A stretch of 64,000 nt of DNA from Paraspadella gotoi (Eukaryota > Animalia > Chaetognatha): NCBI GenBank assembly GCA_051294375.1, contig CM119268.1, forward strand, positions 12,021,225 to 12,085,224, written 5' to 3'. This document shows, in pieces, positions 1-10,018 of the stretch. A program made the position numbers and the translations under genes. Every line of letters begins with the position of its first letter. Positions within the stretch are counted from its first letter, which is position 1. The notes under the pieces are model-generated. The model was not told the DNA's origin, ran no database searches, and saw nothing but the letters and a program-made list of their open reading frames with translations.

Positions 1-81
<81 letters not shown>
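1..81. repeat. (CT)n microsatellite, representative of dozens of (GA/CT)n tracts (e.g. 1606-1647, 4391-4468, 7554-7598, 8068-8148, 23321-23422, 29589-29648, 30661-30745, 46358-46434)
   Basis: Directly visible. Confidence 0.98.
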
Positions 82-86
<5 letters not shown>

Positions 87-1607
87 CCTCTCTTTTCATG
101 GAGTAGCATATGTTTTTGAAGTAAGAGGAGTTTATCCATGAGTTATCTGTGCGAACCGAGCGAGAGAGATAAAGAATAAAAAAACTCCTCTCACATCAAA
201 GTGAAAAATGTAGGAGATGAAAAAGAAATAAAGTTAAAAAGTTCTTTATGAAATAGTAGTCTCCCATTTTTATTCAACTCCACCAACTTGAGTAATATTT
301 TTTTTAGTTCTCCCAGTCTTATTAACCCAACTCGGCATTCAACGCCATTCCAATTTTACCCAATAAGGTTTCATTTTCACCCAACTTTTCCCGACTGAGG
401 TACTAATCGTTCCCTTTCCTCAACCCCGACCGACCCGAACCATCCCCAATTCCCAATCCCCCCCCCTTTCCCCAACCGCCCCTTCCCCTTCCCAGACTCA
501 CCCCCGCCGAAAAGTGCGAGAGGGGCGATCGTAAACTTGTGAATATGGCGTGGGGCTAATTGGGAGAGGGAGGGTCGGAACCGCTTAAACTGGCTTCATG
601 AGAGCACGAGGTGATGCTTGCCTAAGCAACTTGCCCGCTTGTTTGTCTTCGACGAGGACGAGGGGGAAAAAGCTTGTTCAAGTCCCTCTTTTTTTGTTTT
701 CTCTATTGAGGATTATTCTACGAATTCGTATGGTCTCACTTTAAAACATTCGATGTCCGATCATAACCATAACTAGTTTTTATTCAAATTTTGGTTTTGT
801 TTCTCCGACGAAAAAAACTCGGATTGCATGAATTTAGAAGACAAGATTTGAAAAAAAAGGAATTCTTGTTTTCTTGCGAAAACCTTTTGTTCATGATGGG
901 ACGTTTTAAGCGTCGTAAAGACGAAAAATTACTCGAGCGAAAACGAGGATCGTACGCAACTATACGCACCGTACGCATAGATCGCGTGACGTATCGTACG
1001 CATCGAACCCAATTTTCGTTAACGACAGGGGGAAAAAATATTGATAAGCTGCCTTGAATGTTTTATTTCGTTATCGAAATTTGTCCGACTTAAATATTTT
1101 ATTTAAAAAAAAAGACAAAAAGCTCTCTTGTCAGATTTTTTAAAATTTTCAGTTTTGTGAAAACTTTTGGGAAAAAAGATAATGTTTTTGTTGTTACAAT
1201 CTCGCTTTGTTTTTAGATTAGTTTTGTTCGAAAATCGGGTTTTTATTTTTTTTTGTTCTAAACTATGCTTAAAAAAAACCAAAAAAAACCCCCTTAATTT
1301 CGCCTAAATATTGTTTTGCTTATATCTTAATACAATGCTCCGTTTTTTTTAGTTTTAAAAAATGAATAAAATAAAAATGGAGAGAAGGCTTAGTTCGAAA
1401 AGGCAACTGACGACGATTTCGTTTTAATTCTCATCGAGAAACGATTATCACGACCAACTGATTTACGCGATGACTCATTTCGGTCAACCAGTCAAATGGA
1501 AATTTTAACTCCTCAGAATTTTTTGTTCGAGAAAATTTTTCGTTGGGGGAGAAGATCATGATAACTTGACCAAACTTTTTTTTTCCTTTTGTCCCGCGCA
1601 GATCTTT

Positions 1608-1639
<32 letters not shown>

Positions 1640-3226
1640 CTCTCTCTGTGTCACGCGATGGGTCGAAATTTTTAAAGGCCAACCCGCGCTCTCAAAAACT
1701 CGGCCTTCGTTGGACTTTTCATTACATGGTTTTGAAAAAAAAAAAACAACTACGGAGTCATAACCGTCACAATCGTGACAGTGACCGTCTTCGCCGTTTT
1801 TGTCATCCTCGTTAATGTCCCCATCAATGTCTCGAAATATTCCTCTTCTGCAGTTACATTCGCTTTCTCGAGTTTTGAGTCCTCGTGTTCAATTTTCATT
1901 TTTTGGCGCCAAGCATTCAAACCTCGTTTCAGAGGTTGCCACACTTGGTGACTCTCTCACTTTAATTCTCTACCTTTACCCTCCGAATTTCGCCTCACCC
2001 TTTCCTCTTCTAATCAAGGAAAATGACACCCATCGCTTTCATCTCTCTCTCATAATTCCTTTCCTCCCTGTAACCCCAAGTAACCTCACCCAATTTCGTT
2101 TTCCCGCCAACCGAAAAATAACCTACCCCATAATATTTTTCTCCTTCTACCCCCCACCGCATAATTTCGTCTTCATCGTAGATTCATCGCGTCAAAACAT
2201 GAACTTCCTCTTCCCGCCTAATAACAACAACAACAACCATATTCGCCGTTGTCACTCTCGATACACCTCGACCACAACCCCCCCACAATGGACACCACAA
2301 ACCCTCCACAAAACCTTTAAGTAGGTGGACGGGAGTAATCATAACCAAATTCTCTTCATTTTGCTTTAACCTTTTGTCGGCGAGAGGGAGGGGGGGAGGG
2401 CGTGGGGGGCTGGATGCTGGAGGCGGCTGCGGCGGCGGTTGCGGTTGCAGTGCGAAGAATCTCAAAATGGAATATGATGAATTTTTGGTCGATAATTAAA
2501 ACGAGATGAAGGAAAGCGTCGATATCGTCTGCTTCGTGACCGACACTGTTTGTATTAAAGTCGAGTTTCGGATGGATCACAGGTATATTATGATTTCGAA
2601 AATAATAAAGTCAAATAGAAAAAAAGAAAGGCTGAGGAACGGGTCTATGAATGAATGAAAGAACGATTAAATGAATGCTTAAAAGAATGAAAAACGAATG
2701 AATGCTTCTAATGACTCAAAATAATAAATCTAAGAAAAATAAAAGACTTAATAAATTAAGAAGGAACTCACCAACTTTCCAATGAACTTGTAAACCTATC
2801 AGCTTTGATATCGCAAGTCAGTACCACAATTTAACCATTCTATTGTATTGAATAGTTCGCATGAATGGAGAAATAGAAAATAATATTGGAAAAAAGGAAG
2901 GAAGAAAAAGGAGGAGTACAAGAAGATGAGGAGAAGGAAGAAGGAAAAGGAATAGAATGTCAAAGAGGAGGAGAATGATGAGGAGGAAAAGAAGAAGAGG
3001 AGGAGAAAAGGAAGAGAAAGGGGAGGAGGAAAAGAAGAGGAATAGGAGGAAGAAAAGAAGAGGAAGGGGAGGAGGAAAATAGGAGGAAGGGAAGGAGGAA
3101 AAGAAGAGGAAGAGGAGGAGGAAAAGAAGAGGAAGGGGAGGAGGAAAGGGGTTAAAGACCCGAAGATGGGTCAAAAGGCCACGACTCTCTGTCACAAATT
3201 TAACCCTGATGCACGCAGTGAAGAGC

Positions 3227-3260
<34 letters not shown>

Positions 3261-3261
3261 T

Positions 3262-3297
<36 letters not shown>

Positions 3298-3679
3298 TAT
3301 AAAGACAGAGAAAGATAACGGAGAAAATGAGTAAAGAGGGATATGAAGACAGTAAGAGAAGAGAAAAGGAAAAATGTTCATACAAAAATGATTAATATTA
3401 AAGTAAATATCATCGAAGAATAAGAAAAGAATGAAAAAAGAAAAAAAAGAAAGAAAAAAAAAAGAAAAAGAAAAAGATAAAAAAAAATAACAGAAATAAA
3501 GATATAAAAACTAAAGAAAACAACATAAGTAAGACTTCATTACAAAGACAAACTACTCAACAAGTGAACAAAGCGACGGAACGACAGAACAAATCAACGA
3601 AGGCGAGAGAACAAACCACCAAAGAAACATAAAAAACGCCTCCTCGTTTCTCCATTTTTTAATGGACGTCCGAGGAGAG

Positions 3680-3890
3680 GAAGGAAGGGAGGAAAGATGC
3701 CGGGGAGGAAAAGAGGAGGGGGAGGAAGGGAGACTCCGGGAGAAGAGAGGAGGGGGAAGGGAGCGAAAGATGCCGGGGAGAAAGAGAGGAGGGGGAGAAG
3801 GGAGGAAAGATGCGGGGAAAAAGAGAGGAAGGGAGGAAGGGAGAAAGATGCCGGGGAGGAAGAGAGAGGGTGAGGAAGAGAGGAAAGATG
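3680..3890 (+). repeat. Degenerate ~38-40 bp purine-rich tandem repeat (core AAAGATGCCGGGGAG)
   Basis: Core recurs near 3693, 3766, 3806, 3843 and 3884. Confidence 0.65.
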
Positions 3891-4385
3891 TTTTGAAAGA
3901 ACGGCGAAGATAATCGAAAGGACTTGACCAGCGAAAATTCGTCATCGTTTGTTGAAGTTGTTGTCTTTGTGGAACTCATTTTTCCCCATTTCCCCCTTTC
4001 TCCCCTTCCCCTTTTCCCCCCTTTTCCCCTTCCCCGTTCCCCCTTTTCCCTTCCCCCTTTCCCCCTTAAGTACTGGTCGTTATTTTGCGAAGCGACGGAA
4101 AACGATTGTGCAAATAAAATACGAACCAGTTTGTCGACGTCGCGTTGGCGCTTGCTCTTGTCTCTGCGGTTATCGTCGTCATCGATGACGTTATTTTGAC
4201 GTATCCGCTGTCGTCGTTGTTGTCGTCGTCGTGGTCCGTCGAAACGCGAAACGTCAAATATCGGAACTTTTTTTTTCATCTTTCGTTCGCGAGAAAAAAA
4301 TATATAGAAAAAAAAGACGCGAAGTCCGTTCGACGTTCCAGAAATCCAATGAGTTTCGGGGTCAGAATTAAAACCGCTCACTCTC

Positions 4386-4423
<38 letters not shown>

Positions 4424-4433
4424 CTCTCGTCTC

Positions 4434-4471
<38 letters not shown>

Positions 4472-4863
4472 CGGCGGAAGCCGGAGGCACGAGTTCGCGG
4501 AAAGAACGCGAATACAACAAAATTGTGGACAGCGGATCTTGAAGTGGTTAACCGCATGAGGAGGCTGAGGCGTTTAATGGCCGAAACAGGAAAAAAATAG
4601 AAGAGAGAGAGAGAGGAGAGAGAAGAGAGAGAGAGAGACGAGAGAGAGAGAGAGAAAGAAGAGAAAGATGGAGAGAAGGAAATGAGAGAGAGAGAGAGAG
4701 AAAGGAGGACGAGAGACGAGAGAGAAACGAGAGAGGAAGACGAGACGAGAGAGGAAGAGGATAGAGAGAGGAGATGAGAGAGAGAGAGGTAGAGAGAGAG
4801 AGAGAGAGATACGAAAGATAGAGGATGAGAGAGTAGAGAACAGACGAAAGAGAGAAGAGAGAA

Positions 4864-4894
<31 letters not shown>

Positions 4895-6001
4895 TCGAGA
4901 GAGAGAGAGAAGAGAAGAAGAAGCAGAGGAGAGGTTAGAGAAAAGATGACACGAGGAGGAAGGGACAAACTATTGAAAAATTTCTGGAGGAAGTGAAAGG
5001 GGGACATGGGTTTCGGTGTGGGATTAGGAAAGTCTACGGATTGAAGGGTTAAGAATATCTGTATGAATATTATTTCGAGTAAGTTTACAATCAGATTTCG
5101 ATAATTTTCTTTGGCGTCTACTGTCATCAATACTTCATCCTCGAAGTATTTAAATTTAATGTCCGCTCATTCAATTCAATCTTTTCGAAAACAAATATCA
5201 TACATGTATAAATTTTTGTCCAATAGACTACTACATTCACAAAACTTGGATGAATTTCGGCCTGAGTTCGTCAGAAATGGGGTGAGCGTCGAGGTTTTTT
5301 GGGGTAAGTTCCTGATTTTTTGGGGTAAGAAGGACTTGAGAAACTCAACCTCTTGGGCCTTCGTCAGCGGCGGCGGATGCGAGAGAGCGAGGGAAAAGGC
5401 CAAGGAAAAAAAAATTGGTAAAAGGGTTAAAACGAAGATTGAGAATATCTGACTGGACCCGAGAAATCGGGGGGGGGCGGTGGGGAGGGGTAGAGGGGGT
5501 AGAGGGGAAGGAAAGGGAAAGGAAAAGAGGGATGAATAGAGAAGTAAAAAAAAATGGAGAGAAGAGGAAAGATAAGAGAGAGGAGAAGAGAGTCCGAGGA
5601 AAAGGGTTGAAAGGGAAGGCGACAAATTCTTTGCGACGATGAGAGATTAAGAAAAACACGACGATGAAGACGATGAAGACGATGAAGACGACGACGACGA
5701 TGAAGACGACGAGGCCGATAAAAGTATACGCAATGATAAATACAGAGTTATACACTGAAGCTAAGATTCTTTTAGGCCGCACCAAAGGTAAACTTATTTA
5801 CTCAGACAAACAATCGAAAAAAAAACAAAACAAAAACAGTCAAGATTAAATTTTCCGAAACTGAGAATCGAAAGATAAAAAAAAAAAAAAAAAAGAGGGA
5901 AATCGTTGTAAAAAGACGAGGCCAGCGCCGCCGTCGGCGAGACGCCAAAGGGGCCGAGCGGGGAGGAAAACAAAAGGCGAAATGGAAAAACAAAGGTCAA
6001 G

Positions 6002-6065
<64 letters not shown>

Positions 6066-7551
6066 AGAGAGAGAGGCCCAGCGAGGCGTGAGGTGGCTAA
6101 GGGACAGTGGACGAGGATTGGCGCGAAGATCAAAAAGGTCGGGCGATGGGCGGGTTGGGGGTGGGATGGAGAGATGGGTGGATGGATAGGGTGGTGAGGT
6201 GGTTGGTGGAAAGGACGAGGCGCTAAAGTGGGTCGGAGTATAGTAGGGGTGGCGACGGAGGAGGAGTAGGAGGAGGAGGTGGAGGAGGAGGAGGCGAGTC
6301 GTGGGCGGAAAAGTCGGGGGCGAGGCTTCGTTCTTTAGTGTTTCCGCGATTCTTTTATTTTTACTCGTGAAGGTTTTGTTAATTTATATGTTGGGTTATT
6401 ATTATTTGGTTTNNNNNNNNNNNNNNNNNNNNNNNNNNNNNNNNNNNNNNNNNNNNNNNNNNNNNNNNNNNNNNNNNNNNNNNNNNNNNNNNNNNNNNNN
6501 NNNNNNNNNNNNNNNNNNNNNNNNNNNNNNNNNNNNNNNNNNNNNNNNNNNNNNNNNNNNNNNNNNNTACTACTTCACGTCACGTCACGTCATGTCACGT
6601 CAAAATCCTTGACCAAAGGATTGAACTTACTCGAAGGAAGGAAAGCTAGATTAAATTAATTATTTGTACAAGTTATCCGTAACCATCGATAACATTAGCC
6701 GCAAGATAATCAATGTTGCTGATAATTTATTAATTAATTTGGGTTTTTTTTTTTTGTCCCTCGTCAAGAGTCAACGTCGCGTCGCGTCTCTCGATAGAAT
6801 TTCGTCTCGAGTCTCAGACTCGAAAGGGAAAAAAGAAAATGCGCGAGGGTCAAACGTCGAATTTTTGACGCCAAGAAGGAGAAGATGAGGAAGGAGAGGA
6901 AGAAGAAAGAGAAAGTAGAAGAAGAAGAGAACGATTAAAGGAGATGAAAGAAATAATTAGGCGGTCAACAAAGGAAGGGGAAGAAGTATAGATGGAAATG
7001 TTAATGATAGAATCAAAATAATAAATCCAAAATACATAATAGGTGGGAGAGTAAACAAAGTGGAATTTAAAATTGAGACGGCGAGGTTGAAGAATCGAAT
7101 AAAGAATGAGACACAAGCAGCAGTCGATGGAAACGATGTCCAAAGTCGGGGGCAAGATGGTTTGTTGAAATAATGTATAATTAGATATTTGTTACACCAA
7201 TTGCTTACAAAGACGATCTTGATGATTATGAATGTGATGATGACGACGACGAAAACGACGAGAAAGGATGAAGACGAAGAGTAAGAAGAGAAATAAGACG
7301 AAGACGAAGTCTGATAAGAAAGAAGCAGAAGAAATCTGACGTTGCAGAGACCCGGAGATCGAAGGGGCAAAGGCCGCGGGCCAGGGGGGCGGGGCCAAAA
7401 GGGGGGTAGGGGGAGAGAGAGGACGATGGAGGCGGGCAGGGCCGCGGGGGCAGTGAGGGCACGGGCGGACGAACGCGGGCAGACGGGCGCGGGCAGAGGC
7501 CGAGGAAGAGGGCACCCAATGCATGAGAGAATAAACGAAATAAGACGGAAC

Positions 7552-7603
<52 letters not shown>

Positions 7604-8064
7604 TGGCGAAATTTAGACGGTGGTTGCCAAGTGTGCTGTGGCCCTTAGCAAAACATCATTTGGAAGGGAAAAATTTTGTCGTTTTTGTTAAGGAGACGTT
7701 CGTCAGCAAGCATCGATCAAGCAATTAATCTTATTTTGTTTTTTTTTTTGTAAGCATTTCGTATTGTTGATAAAACTAAAAACGACCTACGTTTTATGGC
7801 CGAGTTTCTTAATAATTTAATATTTAATTTGACGGGACTTTTTGTGATTCTGGACAAAAATTCCCTATTTCTACCACTGACACTTAAACAAAAGTGACAT
7901 CGACGATATTTCCTACATTACCAATCAGCGTCGCCAACCGAATCAATCGACGCTCGCCATTCTCCGATGTCGGCGCCGTTTCAATTATTCACGTTGGGTC
8001 TCATTTATTCGCGTTGATTTAAATTCTCTTTCGCTTCAATTTTTCACTCGCGCCTCTCTCTTCT

Positions 8065-8153
<89 letters not shown>

Positions 8154-8949
8154 ACATTTTTTTCCCTTCCGCGCAACTCTGTACACAAACGCGGCCGCCG
8201 CCGCCGCAACGTCCGAAGGCGAAATGAGATTCGCCGCTGAAATCAAAACAAATGAAAGCGGCGCCGCTATGCTTGGACAGCGCCGGTTGGCGCAGACGAC
8301 GCCGCTTAGCTTGGACAGCGCCGGCATCGGTGGACCAACGTCGGGGCCTCGGGAGGGAAGAGAAGGCTGGCGAACTGGAGACCAATCAAAGCTTTGACCG
8401 ATTGTAAAAACAGAGACTAATTACTGCGGACGTCAATGGGGAAAAAACGCCCGAGGATTGAAAATTGCTTGGAGGCTGCGACCAATCAGATCTTGACCGA
8501 AGAAATAAAGGGAGATTGATGATTGTAAAAACGAAGGGAGTTTGATCTGGAGGCACCTTGCTGTAATAAATCGAAATGAAGTTACGTCAAAATCAAATTT
8601 TCAGTGAAGGTTGATCTTATTGTTAATATTTTTTTTCTATTGTTGTTTAGTCGCGTGTATAACTTTTACGATCAATTATTATTAGCTTGACTAAGTAAAA
8701 ATAAACAATTACTGCGATCGAGGGAAGAAATGAAGTCGTTAATGATTTTCAGATTTTAAAATTGCGAAAGCATCAGGTTCTCTGCTTTCGACTACAGCCT
8801 ATCAAGTCTTGACCAAAGAGAAAACAAATACAAACGGAAAACGACGATAAGGCAGACGACGACGACGACGACCACGTTTGCATAATTAAAAAAGAAGCGC
8901 TGTCGGCCAGCCTTTCTCTAATTGGCCACCGCTCAAAGTCCCTGAACAT

Positions 8950-8955
8950 TTTATT
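8950..8955 (-). promoter_or_regulatory. Candidate polyadenylation signal (AATAAA) of CNNM
   Basis: AATAAA on the minus strand about 350 nt after the stop codon; no transcript evidence. Confidence 0.3.
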
Positions 8956-9304
8956 AAAACGAAAACAAGAGGAAAAAAAATGATGTATTTACAAAGCGTT
9001 ATTAAATATTCAGAAGAACCGACCGGTTTTTTTTTTTTTTTTACATGTAAATGAAAATGAAATTTTAGCCTCGTAACACCAAATTAAATACAATAATAAA
9101 CCTGGTTAAACTAATACAATCAATAACTGCATATATGTACGTTGTGTTGGATGAAAACAAAAACGGAAAACAAAATAAACGGGAATGTTCACCATAATCC
9201 ATAAGTCAAAACAGGGTCTACAGAGAAAATTTAAAAAAAAAGCCTGTGTTACAGCGACTACCAAATTAAAAATTAAAATATCAAGAATAACGACTAAATC
9301 AACT

Positions 9305-10018
9305 TCATATGAGTTTAGAATAGTTGTTGTTTCCGGATGTGGTTTCGGGCGTCGGCTCTTCTACTTCCACCATCACTTTCGGGACATCTCCATTGGCATC
9401 GCCACCACCACCACCACCACCACCGCCACCACCACCCTTCCCACTATCTACGCCTCCACTTCCACCTCCTCCGCCCTTCGTCTTCTCCCACTCCTCGCTG
9501 AAGGCGTCCCCCATTCCCGCCTCCAGCTCGGACGCCCTCTTCGCCGCCAAGTAGTGCGACCTCGTGACTTTCAAGATCCTCGTCGCCTGCACAGTTTTCA
9601 CCGTAAAGTCGGGCACGTAGGGCGCCCGATGGACGGACGCCCGACGGAGGAACTTGGGCGTGGCGGAGACTGAGAGACGCCCGGAGGCGCCGTCATGCGA
9701 CGGCGTAAATCGTCCGTCTTCGTCGTCGTCCCTGAAGCTGGGATTGGCGAATCCGCCTCCGGCTCCGCCGCCTCCGTCCGCTCGTCCTCTTTTCGACGCC
9801 CTCACCTCAGCCTCTCGGCTCAACACTTCCGACAAGGCCTGCGCCGCGAAGTAGGTGAAGGCGCCCGACTCGTACTCGAGGTTGTCCTTTCCGACGGAGA
9901 CTTGGACGCGCCCTTCGAGGACGAGGCAGAAAAAGTCGGCGGGGCGACCGGCTTCGTAGAGGGTCACCGGTTTGGTGTCCTTGTGAGGAAGGCGGACCAC
10001 GAGTTCATTCTTTTTTAC
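9305..10018 (-). CDS. CNNM: CNNM coding exon 6 (CNBH domain, Gly-rich tail, TGA stop)
   Basis: Acceptor cccctcag|[10 protein letters not shown]; [19 protein letters not shown]; YVPDFTVK; stop at 9305-9307. Confidence 0.93.
   Translation of the reverse strand, partial: VKKNELVVRLPHKDTKPVTLYEAGRPADFFCLVLEGRVQVSVGKDNLEYESGAFTYFAAQALSEVLSREAEVRASKRGRADGGGGAGGGFANPSFRDDDEDGRFTPSHDGASGRLSVSATPKFLRRASVHRAPYVPDFTVKTVQATRILKVTRSHYLAAKRASELEAGMGDAFSEEWEKTKGGGGGSGGVDSGKGGGGGGGGGGGGDANGDVPKVMVEVEEPTPETTSGNNNYSKLI

Noticed and set aside
5176-5240. Minus-strand peptide CECSSLLDK resembling the endothelin-1 N-terminus (CSCSSLMDK)
   Set aside because: Lacks Cys11/Cys15, the HLDIIW tail, a preceding dibasic site and an ATG; most likely chance.
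2818-6200. Many ORFs with RERERE, SLSLSL or poly-F/P tracts (here and throughout, including X-filled ORFs)
   Set aside because: Translations of microsatellites, purine tracts or N gaps.
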